Below, piece after piece: positions 32,659-43,823 of a stretch of DNA of 64,000 bases. This DNA is from an uncultured Gemmatimonadales bacterium (GTDB lineage Bacteria; Gemmatimonadota; Gemmatimonadetes; Gemmatimonadales; GWC2-71-9), in NCBI GenBank assembly GCA_963748815.1, contig CAVVKJ010000010.1:64001-128000 (forward strand), read 5' to 3'. The notes beneath the pieces were generated by a model that made no database searches, had not been told where the DNA came from, and saw only the letters and a program-made list of their open reading frames with translations. Every line of letters starts with the position of its first letter. Position 1 is the first letter of the stretch. A program made the translations under genes and the position numbers.

Positions 32659-33240
32659 GTGACCGGCGGCTCCGCGTCGCGCGTCTCTCCCGCACTGCGG
32701 CCGACGCTGCCGGGCTGGGCGGAGATCACGCCGGAGCGCATGGCGCACGTCGAGCGGGTGGCCACGCTGGTCTCGAACTGGGCGGAGCGGATGGGCGTCC
32801 ACGACTCCGAGCGGAATCGCTGGCTCAAGGCGGTCTGGCTGCACGACGCCCTGCGGGACGCCAGCCGCGAGACGCTGGCGCAGTGGGCGGCGAGTTCCTC
32901 CGGGCCGATCGAACTCTGGCACGGGCCGGCCGCCGCCGCGCGCGCCAAGGCGGAGGGGGAGACGGACCGCGGCGTGCTCGACGCGGTGCGGTACCACTCC
33001 CTCGGACTCGCGGAATGGGACATGGTCGGTCGGGTGCTCTACTGCGCCGACTACCTCGAGCCGGGGCGGAATTTCGACGAAGCGGCGCGCGCCGAACTCG
33101 CCGCCCTCTTTCCCCGTGACGTCGCCGGCGTGCTTCGCGCCGTGGCACGCGCGCGGCTCACTTACCTGGCGCGGTCCGGTTGGCCGCTGCCGGAGCCGAT
33201 GGTCCGGTTTTGGAACAGCCTGTCCGTCGTCTCGCCCTGA
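32659..33240 (+). CDS. HD-domain hydrolase, YqeK-like
   Basis: AHVERV, LHD, WHG, AVRYHS, ADYLEPGR. Confidence 0.75.
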   Translation: MTGGSASRVSPALRPTLPGWAEITPERMAHVERVATLVSNWAERMGVHDSERNRWLKAVWLHDALRDASRETLAQWAASSSGPIELWHGPAAAARAKAEGETDRGVLDAVRYHSLGLAEWDMVGRVLYCADYLEPGRNFDEAARAELAALFPRDVAGVLRAVARARLTYLARSGWPLPEPMVRFWNSLSVVSP

Positions 33241-33632
33241 TCGGGGCGGGAGTCCTCCTCCTCGCCTTCCTCGTCATCACGTACCGCTCCTCGCCAACGG
33301 CGCTCCCCGATCACGCCTACCCCATCCCTGGCGACGCCGACCGTCACCTGGTCGAGGTGCTGAACGGGTCGGGACAGGCCGGACTGGCCCGGACGGCAAC
33401 GCGCACGCTGCGCCGCGGCGGTCTCGACGTCATCTTCTTCGGGAATGCCGAGGGGGAAAAGGCGGCGGTCACACAGCTGCTGGTGCGCCGGGGCGACAGC
33501 ACCGCGGCCCGGCGGGCGGCGCGGCTCCTCGGCGTGGGGACCATCGAGTGGAAGCCCGATTCGACCCGGCGCGTGGACGTGACGGTCATCCTCGGCGCCG
33601 ACTACGAGCCGCCCGTGGAAGTGCATCCGTGA
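33210..33632 (+). CDS. LytR C-terminal domain membrane protein
   Basis: TM helix, VEVLNGSGQAGLA, DVTVILGADY; start uncertain. Confidence 0.75.
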   Translation: MEQPVRRLALIGAGVLLLAFLVITYRSSPTALPDHAYPIPGDADRHLVEVLNGSGQAGLARTATRTLRRGGLDVIFFGNAEGEKAAVTQLLVRRGDSTAARRAARLLGVGTIEWKPDSTRRVDVTVILGADYEPPVEVHP

Positions 33633-34555
33633 GGGTGGCCGCGCTCTGTGTGGGTGCCGCGCTGCTCGCCGCGGGCGAGGGAGCGGCGCAGCAGGTCGCC
33701 GATTCCGGTTTCGCGCCCGTCGTTCCGCGGCCGGCGTTCGCCGAGGGGGCTGGCCCGCTGGTGGCGGTGGACCAGGGTCACCACAATTTTCATACGGCCT
33801 CGGGCCGGTACTACGCCTTCGCGCAACTGCTCCGCCAGGACGGTTTCGTCGTGGACAGCCTCCCCGGTCCGTTCACGGCGGCGTCCCTCAAACCGGTCGA
33901 CGTGCTGGTCATCAGCAATGCCCTCAACGCCCGCAACCTCGGCAACTGGACCGTGCCGACCCCCTCGGCCCTCACCACCGAGGAAATCGCGAACGTGGTG
34001 GCGTGGGTCCGCGCAGGCGGCTCCCTCCTCCTCATCGCCGACCACATGCCGTTTGCTGGAGCAGCCGCCGACCTCGCGGCCGCGCTGGGGGTCCGGCTGA
34101 ACAACGGATTTGCGACCGATCCCGCCGCCGGCAACGGTCCCGACCTGTTCCGGCGATCCGACGGTACCCTCGGGGATCACCCCATCACCGCCGGCCGCGA
34201 CCGGTCCGAGCGAATCGACTCGGTGGCCACCTTCACCGGGTCCGCGCTGCGGGCGAGCGGTGAGTATGCGGTCCTCCTCCGTTTTCGTCCCGGCTTTGTG
34301 TCGCTGGAACCGGACACCGCATGGCAGTTCACACCGGCGACGTCGCGGGTCGAGATTGGCGGCTGGGCGCAGGGGGTGGCAGGGTCGTTCGGTCAGGGGC
34401 GGGTGGTGGTGTTCGGCGAGGCGGCGATGTTCAGCGCCCAGCTGGGGGGACCCGACCGGATCCCGACCGGCATGAACGCGCCCGCCTCGGCCCAGGACGC
34501 GCAGTTTCTGCTCAATACGCTTCACTGGCTGGCGGGGCTGCTTCCCGCCCGCTGA
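33629..34555 (+). CDS. Exported protein with glutamine amidotransferase-like (DUF4350-like) fold
   Basis: Signal peptide; VDQGHHNFH, WVRAGGSLLLIADH, GRVVVFGE, FLLNTLHWL. Confidence 0.65.
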   Translation: MRVAALCVGAALLAAGEGAAQQVADSGFAPVVPRPAFAEGAGPLVAVDQGHHNFHTASGRYYAFAQLLRQDGFVVDSLPGPFTAASLKPVDVLVISNALNARNLGNWTVPTPSALTTEEIANVVAWVRAGGSLLLIADHMPFAGAAADLAAALGVRLNNGFATDPAAGNGPDLFRRSDGTLGDHPITAGRDRSERIDSVATFTGSALRASGEYAVLLRFRPGFVSLEPDTAWQFTPATSRVEIGGWAQGVAGSFGQGRVVVFGEAAMFSAQLGGPDRIPTGMNAPASAQDAQFLLNTLHWLAGLLPAR

Positions 34556-35823
34556 CGCAGTCCGATCACCACGTCCATCACGTTTGTACCGGTGGGTCCC
34601 GTGCGCAGCAGCGCCTCGACGGCATCGAGCGCGTGATAGCTGTCGTGCGAGGCGAGGTCCCGTTCGGGGTCCCGGCCGCGCGCGGCGAGCTGGGCCCAGG
34701 TCGCGCCGTCGACCAGCGCGCCGGCGGCGTCGGTGGGCCCGTCGCGCCCATCTGTGCCTGCCGCCAGCAGCGCGACGCCGGGCACCTCATCCAGTTCGGC
34801 GGCGGCGGCCAGGGCGAGTTCCTGACAGCGCCCACCGAGGCCGGCCGGTTCCGCGCCGAGCGACACGGTCGTCTCCCCGCCCCAGACGAAACAGTTCGCT
34901 CCGCCGCCGCCGGCACGCAGGAACGCCCCGAGTCGGGTGCCGGTCTCCCGCGCCTCACCCGAGAGGTCGGACGCGCCTGCCAGGACGGCGAGGCCGAGTT
35001 CCCTGGCGCGGCGTTCCACCCCGCGGACGGCGAGGCGGTTGCTCGCGATGACGTGCGTGGTCACGTTTCTGAACGCGGCGTCGCCCGGCTTGAGCGTGTC
35101 GGGAAGGGCACCGGACGCCTGGAGCTCGAGGAGGCGTCGGACGGTGGGGGGGAGGTCGCGGGCGGGGGCGAACGCCTCGAGGAGCCCGAGCGTTTCCCGG
35201 GCCATCAGCGGGTCGGGAGCGCAGGGACCCGAACCGACGGTGCCGGGGTCGTCGCCGATGACGTCTGATATGCAGAGGACGGTCACCGGCCGCGGAGCCA
35301 GCGCGGCGGCGAGGCGTCCCGCACCCCAGCGGAGGCAGCGCTTGCGCACCGCGTTCACGACACGGATCTCCTGCCCGCTGCCGAGCAGGAAGTCCCAGAG
35401 GGCGTCGAGGTCGCCGGGGGCGACGCCCTCGACCGGCGCGGCGGTGAGGCTGGAGGCGCCACCGGAGAGCAGGACGAGCGCCTGATGGGTGGCGGGCACA
35501 GCCTGAACTGCCTCGGCGATGGCGATGGCGGCTCGGGCCGAGCCGGGTCCCGGCCGCGGGTGATCGCCGGCAAAGGTGGGCAGCGACACGCTTCCCGGGG
35601 TGCCTTCCGGCGCAATGACGACGCCGCCCGCAAGGGGGAGCCGGGCCGCGGCGAGGGCGGAGAGAGCGGCCCCCGCCATCCCTGGCGCCGCCTTGCCGAG
35701 CGCCAGGATGTGCACGGGGGCGCGGGAGGGGAGCGGTCGCACGGCGAGCTCGCCGAGGACGACGGTGCCCGGGTCCGCCGCGCGCAACGCCGCGCTGTAG
35801 AGATCGAGCAGGAGTTCGCGCAT
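34522..35823 (-). CDS. Glycerate 2-kinase (DUF4147/MOFRL)
   Basis: GKAA, LSGGASSL, GGETTV, GGRCQE, TDGRDG, TGTNVMD. Confidence 0.9.
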   Translation of the reverse strand: MRELLLDLYSAALRAADPGTVVLGELAVRPLPSRAPVHILALGKAAPGMAGAALSALAAARLPLAGGVVIAPEGTPGSVSLPTFAGDHPRPGPGSARAAIAIAEAVQAVPATHQALVLLSGGASSLTAAPVEGVAPGDLDALWDFLLGSGQEIRVVNAVRKRCLRWGAGRLAAALAPRPVTVLCISDVIGDDPGTVGSGPCAPDPLMARETLGLLEAFAPARDLPPTVRRLLELQASGALPDTLKPGDAAFRNVTTHVIASNRLAVRGVERRARELGLAVLAGASDLSGEARETGTRLGAFLRAGGGGANCFVWGGETTVSLGAEPAGLGGRCQELALAAAAELDEVPGVALLAAGTDGRDGPTDAAGALVDGATWAQLAARGRDPERDLASHDSYHALDAVEALLRTGPTGTNVMDVVIGLRQRAGSSPASQ

Positions 35824-35867
35824 TCACAAACATGGGGCCGGGACTCCGATCGGCCAAGGAGCAGGCG

Positions 35868-36845
35868 ATGAAGCACTCAGGGCGTCCCGTCGTGACGGTC
35901 ACGCGCCGCCTCCCGGGAGTCGTGGAACGGGCGCTGGCGGAGCGCTTTGACGCACGGCTCAACATCGACGACGTGCCGCTCGACGCGGACGGTCTCCGGG
36001 AGGCGCTGCGCGTCTCGGATGCGGTGCTGTGCGCCGTGTCGGATCGCCTCGATGCCGGCGTGCTCGATGCGGAGCCACTCCGTGCCCAGCTTCTGGCAAA
36101 TTTTGGCGTCGGGTTCGAGCACATCGACCTGGCGGTAGCGCGGGCACGGGGGATCGCGGTCACCAACACCCCCGGCGTGCTGACAGACGACACGGCGGAC
36201 CTGGCAATTGCGCTCATGCTCATGGCGGTCCGCCGGCTCGGCGAGGGGGAGCGGCAGCTTCGCGCAGGCGCATGGGGGGGGTGGTATCCGACCCATCACC
36301 TCGGGCGACGGCTGTCGGGCAAGACGTTGGGCATCGTGGGCATGGGTCGGATCGGGCGGGCGGTGGCGCGGCGGGCGGTGCACGGCTTTGGGATGCGGCT
36401 CCTCTACGCGAGTCGTTCGGAACTCCCAGCCGGTGAGGCCGCGGCGCTCGATGCCGTCCATGTCGACCTCGACCGGGTCTTTGCCGAATCGGACGTCGTG
36501 TCCCTGCATGTGCCGTCGAACGAGTCGACACGGCAACTGGTCGATGCCCGGCGGCTGCAGTTGATGCCTCCGCATGGCATCCTCATCAACACGGCGCGGG
36601 GGGACGTGGTGGACGAGGCCGCCCTGGCCGCGGCGCTCGCCGGCGGGACCATCGCCGGGGCGGGGCTGGATGTCTACGCCGACGAGCCGACGGTGCACCC
36701 CGCGCTCGTGGCGCTCGAGAACGTCGTCCTGCTGCCGCATCTTGGCAGCGCCACCGTGGAGTCGCGCACCGCGATGGGGATGCGGGCGTACGAAAACCTC
36801 GTGGCGTGGAGCGAGGGCCGGGAGTTGCCGGACCGGGTGGTGTGA
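35868..36845 (+). CDS. D-glycerate dehydrogenase / glyoxylate-hydroxypyruvate reductase
   Basis: NTPGVL, GIVGMGRIG, INTARG, GLDV, PHLGSAT. Confidence 0.9.
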   Translation: MKHSGRPVVTVTRRLPGVVERALAERFDARLNIDDVPLDADGLREALRVSDAVLCAVSDRLDAGVLDAEPLRAQLLANFGVGFEHIDLAVARARGIAVTNTPGVLTDDTADLAIALMLMAVRRLGEGERQLRAGAWGGWYPTHHLGRRLSGKTLGIVGMGRIGRAVARRAVHGFGMRLLYASRSELPAGEAAALDAVHVDLDRVFAESDVVSLHVPSNESTRQLVDARRLQLMPPHGILINTARGDVVDEAALAAALAGGTIAGAGLDVYADEPTVHPALVALENVVLLPHLGSATVESRTAMGMRAYENLVAWSEGRELPDRVV

Positions 36846-37016
36846 GGACACCTCCGCAGTCGCATCGCCGAGCGTGGTATTGACTTCCGGCGCCGCCAGC
36901 GAAGATTGGAGCTACGGGTTCCCCCACCCATCGACCTGCCTGCCGGCGCCTGCCGACGGACTGCCTGGTTCCCAACGATGTCAAACAAGCATGTGACTCT
37001 TCATCCCGGCGGGCAC

Positions 37017-38639
37017 ATGGGCCGAACAGTCGTGGTGCGTCTGGCCGTGGCGGCGATCCTTTGTGCCGCCCAACTTGGCTGCGGAGGTGGGGACGACGGC
37101 GGGGGTGGAGGCGATGGGGGCGGTGGCCCTTCGCCCTCGCCGGCCCCGGTGGCGACCGTCGCAGTCGCGCCGGGCGATACGGCAATCCTCATGGAGAACC
37201 TGGCGCCTCTGCGCGTCGTCCTGCGGGATTCCCTCGGGAATGTGCTGACCGGCCGCTCCGTCTCGTGGAGCTCCTCGGCGTCTGCCACGGTGGCCGTCTC
37301 AGCGGCCGGTGTCGCCACGGGCGCCACCCTCGGCGCGGCGACGATCACCGCGACCGCGGAAGGCCGTTCCGGATCAGCGGTCGTGCGCGTCATTCCCCGC
37401 ATCGTGGTTTCCCCTGGGCTTCCCAGCCTCTTTCCAGGTGACACCATCCTGCTCTCGGCCCAGCTGCAGACGGCGAGTGGGCTTCCGGCGGGGCCGGCGA
37501 CGATCACCTGGACGTCGACCAACCCCGGACTCGCCACCGTGGTCGGCGGCGGGGTGGCGACCGGCGTCGCTCCCGGGGTCGTCCAGGTGACGGCGTCGGC
37601 TGCCGGGGTCACGGCGGGGGTGGACCTGGCCGTGGTGCGTCGGCCGGGAACGGTGACGCGGAAGATCGCCTGGCGCTACCAGGACGGCACGCATCCGCTG
37701 AGCTGCGGGGAGTTTCCGGAGGTCTGGGTGGCCGACCAGGACGGCTCCAACGCCATCCGTGTCAGCGCCGCGGGTGACTACGTGATGGAATTCGCCTGGT
37801 CACCCGATGGTTCGCGACTCGCGGTGCAGTCAACGCTGTACATCTGCAACGGGGGCCCGGCCGTGAGCCGGAGCGCGTTGGTCACCGTCAACGTGGACGG
37901 CTCCGGCGAGGTGTACCTCGGCACGGGGGGTATCCGTCCTCGCTGGTCTCCCGATGGACAGCAGATCGCCTATCGGGACGGCTTTGGCGATCTCCGGGTC
38001 GTGAACAGCGACGGGACCAACCTGCGGAACCTCACACCCGGTGAGGCGGTGGACAATCTCGATCCCGAGTGGTCGCCGGATGGCCGGCTGCTGGTCTACA
38101 AGGTCCAGTCGACCTGGTGCAACGAGCTGTGGGTCATCCGGCCCGACGGGACTGGCCGGCGCCGGATCACGATCCCCACCGGTGTGTGTGACCCGCGGTT
38201 CTCCCCGGATGGCAAGTGGATTTCGTACGTGAGCGCGACCTTTCCGCCGACCGGCAACGGCGCCTGGCTGGTGTCGCCCTGGGGTGGGGCCGCCCTCCCG
38301 ATCTCTCCCAACTGTTCGCCGAACGGATCGTGCGGGGCGCCGGCGTATTATCCAGGCGACTGGCTCTCGGACGGGTATCGCGTCCTGGTTCGCAGCGCGG
38401 ATGTCGGCCCGATCAACGTCTATGACGTTCGGACCGGAGGCTCGACCCCCGTCACGCTGCCCGTGAATGACTCGCAGGTGTGCGGCTGGTCGCCCGACCA
38501 GAGCAAGATCCTCTACCAGTTTCTGGAAACCGACGGCCGGGTGCGGCTGGGGATCATGACGTCGGCAGGCACCAACCTCACCCCGGTCACCGCGTATGGA
38601 CGTGAGGCACATTGCGGGGCTTGGCAGCCGTCGCCCTAG
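37017..38639 (+). CDS. Lipoprotein with two Ig-like (Big_2) domains and a TolB-like PD40 beta-propeller
   Basis: LG-C lipobox, Gly-rich linker, VSWSSS and ITWTSTNP repeats, several WSPDG repeats. Confidence 0.85.
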   Translation: MGRTVVVRLAVAAILCAAQLGCGGGDDGGGGGDGGGGPSPSPAPVATVAVAPGDTAILMENLAPLRVVLRDSLGNVLTGRSVSWSSSASATVAVSAAGVATGATLGAATITATAEGRSGSAVVRVIPRIVVSPGLPSLFPGDTILLSAQLQTASGLPAGPATITWTSTNPGLATVVGGGVATGVAPGVVQVTASAAGVTAGVDLAVVRRPGTVTRKIAWRYQDGTHPLSCGEFPEVWVADQDGSNAIRVSAAGDYVMEFAWSPDGSRLAVQSTLYICNGGPAVSRSALVTVNVDGSGEVYLGTGGIRPRWSPDGQQIAYRDGFGDLRVVNSDGTNLRNLTPGEAVDNLDPEWSPDGRLLVYKVQSTWCNELWVIRPDGTGRRRITIPTGVCDPRFSPDGKWISYVSATFPPTGNGAWLVSPWGGAALPISPNCSPNGSCGAPAYYPGDWLSDGYRVLVRSADVGPINVYDVRTGGSTPVTLPVNDSQVCGWSPDQSKILYQFLETDGRVRLGIMTSAGTNLTPVTAYGREAHCGAWQPSP

Positions 38640-38705
38640 GAGGCGGGGGTCGACTTCCTCATTGCTCCGGATCAGGTCGGTCACCGAGTGATGCGCCGAT
38701 GAATG

Positions 38706-38731
38706 CGCCCCGGGCGAGCTCCCCCGGGGCG
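38706..38731. terminator. Hairpin between convergent genes
   Basis: CGCCCCGGG...CCCGGGGCG. Confidence 0.55.
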
Positions 38732-38748
38732 TCGTCTTCGGGGACCTC

Positions 38749-39273
38749 CTACTGGACCTTGACCTGGCCCTTGGGCATTGGCAGCAGCGGCAGGTCCGGG
38801 GCATCCTGGCAGGTGATCGTCCCGTCGGTGTAATACGATCCGGCGATCGCGTCCGGCGGGTCCTTCGCGGAGGTGCCGTTATCCTCCACCATGGTGAGGA
38901 TGAACGCTCCCATGTCTTCGGCGGTCCCGCCCGTCACGACCCCGCTCACCCAGGCCCGGTTGCCCACGACCTGCAGGCAGTCCACGGTGACATGGATGCT
39001 CCCACGCCCGTCCTTCCACTGATCCGTGAACTGTCCGCTGACGCTGCCGTCGGCGCGCTGCATCGCCACCATGGAGAAGTTCTTGTCGACCCCGGGGCCC
39101 AGGGCGTCCGGGCCGCCCACCGATACCCGGTGCAGGAATTGCGAGCCCTTGACGTTCAGCGACATCGGGGCGTTCGCGGCTGAACTGGCTGCCGGCACAG
39201 GGTCGGTGAGTTCCGCATTGCAGGCGGCCAGGCAGACGCTGACAGCGGCGAGTGCGAGGGTGTGGCGAAGCAT
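38749..39273 (-). CDS. Hypothetical lipoprotein
   Basis: GAGGAG before ATG; LAA-C lipobox; beta-rich body. Confidence 0.75.
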   Translation of the reverse strand: MLRHTLALAAVSVCLAACNAELTDPVPAASSAANAPMSLNVKGSQFLHRVSVGGPDALGPGVDKNFSMVAMQRADGSVSGQFTDQWKDGRGSIHVTVDCLQVVGNRAWVSGVVTGGTAEDMGAFILTMVEDNGTSAKDPPDAIAGSYYTDGTITCQDAPDLPLLPMPKGQVKVQ

Positions 39274-39353
39274 GGGTTTCCTCCTCAGGCTGTGTGATTG
39301 GTTGAATGGCGACACGACCTGTCGTGGCCGAGGGTTCAATCAGCGCGGGAGGG

Positions 39354-39370
39354 GTCAAGGGATCGTCAAG
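39354..39370 (-). promoter_or_regulatory. Direct repeat CTTGAC-N5-CTTGAC, candidate operator
   Basis: GTCAAG at 39354 and 39365; same arrangement at 51241/51252. Confidence 0.45.
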
Positions 39371-39408
39371 CGTGGCAGCATCGGGGTGGCCACCCGCTGC
39401 GAAACGAA

Positions 39409-39434
39409 GGAGCCCCGGGTTGCCCCGGGGCCCC
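39409..39434 (-). terminator. Intrinsic terminator after the haloperoxidase-like gene
   Basis: Minus strand GCCCCGGG-GCAA-CCCGGGGC followed by TCCTTCGTTTC. Confidence 0.65.
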
Positions 39435-39465
39435 TATTCGAGTTGAACAACGGGCGATGGTGCCG

Positions 39466-40687
39466 CTACGGCATCACGGCCACGTCGTCGAGATTGGTCC
39501 GCAGCGCCTTGCGCGCCACCTTGCGGCCCAGGGCGATCCCGGCGTCCATGTCGAAGCGATAGTGGATGCCACCGTACAGCCGCGACAGGCTCGCCTCCTG
39601 GGACATCGCATCCAGGTCGGACGCCTCACGCGGGAAGAACGCCATCAGGACGCCGCTCATCGATCCCGACACGCAGGAGTGCGCCGAGGGATAGGAAGGG
39701 TGCGGCGGGAGCCCGATCGGCAGGGTGATGCCGGCATCGGCCTGCGGCGGGCGGATGAACCAGTAGGCGTACTTCGCGTCGAAGCACCCCACCAGGGCGT
39801 CGAACATGGCGCTGTTCATCAGGAACATGATGCGGGCGGCTCCGGCGTCGCCGACGCGGTACTTGCGGATCAGTTCGACCGCCTTGTTGTTGAACGGGGC
39901 GTTGCGCCGGCCGGACTGCTGGAGGTTCCAGTACTGAGCGGTCGCGAGCTGCTCCGCGGTCCGGGTGTCGGAGATCTGGCGAACTTCCCCGAGGGCGCTC
40001 AGGTAGGTCGGGCGAGCCGAACATCGGCGCCGGCCGGACGGTACTGGCGTCGGACGACGCAGGTAGAAGGGGCGCGCGCGATAGTTCCCGCGCACGATCG
40101 GACCACCGCTCCACTTCCAGATACCCGTCACCGATCGGGGGCGTGCCCGGGTCGGCCAGGCCCACCCGGTCGCCGGCGGCCCAGGCCATCACCGCGGCGC
40201 CGACATCGGCGCCAAGGTCGGCGCCCTCGACGAAGTCGTCGTCGTGCCCCTTGCCGGGCACCGCGGCGGCCTGGGTGGCCAGGGCCGCCGCGATCTCCGC
40301 CGCATCGTTCGGGAAGAAGGCCGTCAGGACCGCGGCCGAGGCCCCACCGATGGCGGCCGAGATCGAAACGCGATCACGGTATCGACGGTGGAACCACCGG
40401 TGGTGGTGGTGCTCGCGACGGCTGTCCGCTGCCGCCTCCGCGGCACGGAACTGGGCGAGCGACAGATAGGCGTAGAGACGGCCCTGGTCGATCGCCGTCC
40501 GGTCCGCCAGCGAGGTCGCCAGTTCGTTCCAGCTGGTGGTGGCGCCGGCGTCGTCGTGGCGGCCTCCCGAGGCGGTGACATTCGGGGTCGCGACTCCCGA
40601 TTCCGTGGGGTCGGTGGCCGTCTCGCTGCAACCGACGGCGAAGACGGCGCCGGTCAGGATGGCCAAGGTGCGGAAATGGAGCTTCAC
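39466..40687 (-). CDS. Vanadium haloperoxidase-like / PAP2 superfamily lipoprotein; apparent frameshifts near 40020-40130
   Basis: K-x6-RP (KYAYWFIRP), PSYPSAH, SRLYGGIHY; AVG-C lipobox; AAGGAGG before GTG. Confidence 0.85.
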
Positions 40688-40874
40688 GGCTTCCTCCTTG
40701 CACTGAGTTTCGACCACCCGAAACCGGGCGGTGTCCCCGCGGGCTGGCGGGCCTCTGGCGACGCCTCGAAGTCGGCGTACATTCACACAGGTACTCGTCC
40801 CGAATCACCCGCCCGTTACCAAGCCGTTATTCGAGTCCGATCACGTTGTCACCCGCTTCTCACAGGGCGGCTGA

Positions 40875-43808
40875 ATGATCGAATTGCGCACTCTTGGTGG
40901 CCTGGAGCTCCTCCAGCTTCGGGATGGCGTGGTCCGCGCCATCCCGTTGCAGACCAAGCGTTTGGCCCTCCTCGCCTATCTTTCCGCCCTGCCCCAGCGA
41001 GCGGGTTTTGTCGGCGCGATTCCCTGCTCGCCCTCTTCTGGCCCGAACTCGATCAGGATCACGCCCGGGGCGCGCTCCGGCAGGCCCTTCACTTTTTGCG
41101 AAAGACCGTCGGCGAGCGCGCGATCATCAATCGCGGGGAGGAGGAGGTCGGCCTTGATCGGAGTGCACTCGGCTCCGATGCCCGTGCGCTCGAGGCGGCG
41201 CTGGATGCGGGGGAGGCCGAGGCGGCCCTGGTGTGGTATCGAGGCGACTTCCTGAACGGCGTGTTCGTCGCCGATGCCTCCCCGGACCTCGAAGACTGGG
41301 TCGCCGGCGAGCGGGTCCGCCTGCGGCGCCTCGCAGCGAAGGCGGCCTGGATGGCGGCGGAGCGCCCGACGGGGCAGGGCCACACCGGGAGTCTGGTGCG
41401 CCGGGCCGTCCTGCTCAGCGGGGACGACGAGCGCGCGCTTCGCCGCGGTTTGGCGATGCTCGACCGGATGGGCGACCACGCCGGGGCCACGGCCCTCTAC
41501 GAGGACTTTGCCGGTCGGGTCGCGCGTGAGTCTGGAGGTCGGGCTCTCTTCGGAAACCCAGGCCGTGATCGAGCGGGTCCGCGCGCGTCGGGCTACCCCC
41601 GCTCCGCCCGGGGCCGAACGCGCCATCACGCCCGGGGCTGCCGCACCGGAGCCGGTCAGCCCCTCCACCGCGGCGCTCCCCCAGGCTCCCCCGCCGCCGA
41701 TCCGCCGGCACGGGAGGCGGTTGCTGCTTGCGGGCGCGGCAGGCGCCCTCCTCACGTTCGCGTTCGCCGCGTATCTCGGGACGGGGCGTGCGGCGGTGCC
41801 GTCTCCGTCGGTCGAACTGATTGCGGTCATGCCTTTCCGGGTGGCCGAGGCGGATTCGTCGCTCGCCTGGCTCCACGAGGGCATCGTGGAGTTGCTCACC
41901 ATTCGGCTGGCCGGCGACGGGGGGCCACCGCTCGCGGATCCGTCTCGCGTGCTGGCGGAATGGAATCGTCAGGGGATGGCGGGGCGGCTCGATGCGCCGG
42001 AGGAGGCGGTCAAAGCCGTTGCCGACCGCGTGGGTGCCGGGCGCATTGTCCGGGGGAGCGTCACCGGCACGTCTCGACGCATTACGCTCACGGGCCGGCT
42101 CTCGACCGAGATGGACGGCGAGTCCGCGTCACACGCCTCAGTCGAAGGGAATCCGGACAGCCTGCCCCAGCTGATCGACCAGCTCGCGGCGCAACTCCTC
42201 GGCCTGAGCGCCGGCCTGGAACACGCCCAGCTGGCGTCGCTCACCAGCGAATCACTGCCGGCGATTCGGGCCTACCTCAAGGGACAATCCGCCTTCCGGT
42301 CCGGGAGGATGGATCTGGCGGTGCAGTGGTTCCGCGAAGCGACGATGCTGGATTCGACCTTCGCCCTCGCAGGACTGCAACTTGCAAGAGCTTCCATATG
42401 GACCAGCACGGGCGGCGATGCGGAGCGCGGGTTTCGCATCGCGACGGCAGGCCGGGACAGGCTGAGCCACACGGATCAGGTCCTGCTCGACGTCAGCACA
42501 GCACCCGACATCGGGTCGTCGAAATTGTTCGCTGATTGGAACGCCGCGGTCACGGCGCTCCCCAACCGACCCGAGGTGTGGTACACGCTGGGTGATACCC
42601 ACTACCACTGGGGACGGCTTGCGGGAGAGGAGGACGCTTTCGAGCGTGCAGCTGTGGCGTTCCGGCGGGGGTGGATGCTCGATTCCGTTGCGGGTACCGC
42701 TGCCGCTGGCGGGCCGCCAATCGCGGAGCCGACCGAGCACATCGTCGCGCTGGCCCATCTGGCCCACGACACGGCCGAGGTGATCCGCCTCGCGACGGCC
42801 GTGATCCGGGTCGATTCCACGGGGATTCCTGCACGCACGCTCATGTGGCACCGGGCTTCGGTGACGAACGACTCGGCGCGGCGGGCCTACTGGGCTGGAA
42901 TCGCCGCAGTGGAAGATGATGTCTTGAAGAACATCGTCCTGTTCATTGTCTGGAGCGGAGTGGGAACCGAGGACCTGGCCCCGGCGACGGCGGAGGACCA
43001 GCGGCGCCTCCGAGCCCACGACCCCGGATGGGCGACGTTCGCCCTCACGGCCTACGCCCTCAACGGCGGGCGGCCGGGGGACGTGCCGCCGGTAGGGCCG
43101 GCGCCCGGGCTTGCCGGGCATCGGGAGCTTCGCGGCCGCATTCGCCGGGCTCTCTCGTGGGACGGGGACACCGCCGAAGCGATCGCCGCTGCACGCATGC
43201 TGCGGCCTCTTGCGGAGGCCGCTCCCGCCACCGGTGACAGCGCGCTGCCGCAGGTCTACGACATGTGCACGCTCGGGGAGTGGCGCGCCGCACGGGGCGA
43301 CTTCCAGTATGCCGCAGCGGCAAGTCGCAGGCTCCGCGGCGCGCGGCCCGCCGGGCTAAGTCCCGAGGAGGCCGCCGCCCTTGCCAGGTACAGCAGTCTC
43401 TGCGCTGCGCTGCTCGACGCCATGTATGCCTCCGGGCAGCGCCAGCCCGGCGCGCGGGAGAAAGTGGCGGCGGCAGACTCGGTTGCGCGGGAATTCATCT
43501 TCGAGGTGTGCTGTGGCGAATCGGTGACCGACGTGAATGTGCAACTGGCCAGGCTCTGGGAGCGGGAGGGCGACATTCCAAGGGCGTTGGCGGCCGCGCG
43601 ACGGCGCACCGGTGGCTTCGGGATCGCGCCGTATTACATGTCGACCTACCTCAGGGAAGAAGGGCGGCTTGCGCTGGCACTGGGAGACACCACGGGTGCC
43701 GTGACGGCGTACCGCCACTACCTCGCGCTGCGGCCGAACCCCGAGCCGGCACTCAAGCCCGGCGTGGAGCTCATCCGACGAGCGCTCGCCGACCTCGAAT
43801 CGCGCTAG
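40875..43808 (+). CDS. Membrane-anchored SARP/BTAD-type regulator with C-terminal TolB-N-like and TPR region; frameshifts near 41000 and 41530
   Basis: IELRTLGGL, LALLAYL, RRDSLLALFWPE..ARGALRQALHFLR, YRGDFL; one TM helix; IAVMPF; TPR-like helices. Confidence 0.85.
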
Positions 43809-43823
43809 TACGGCGAGCGAACG

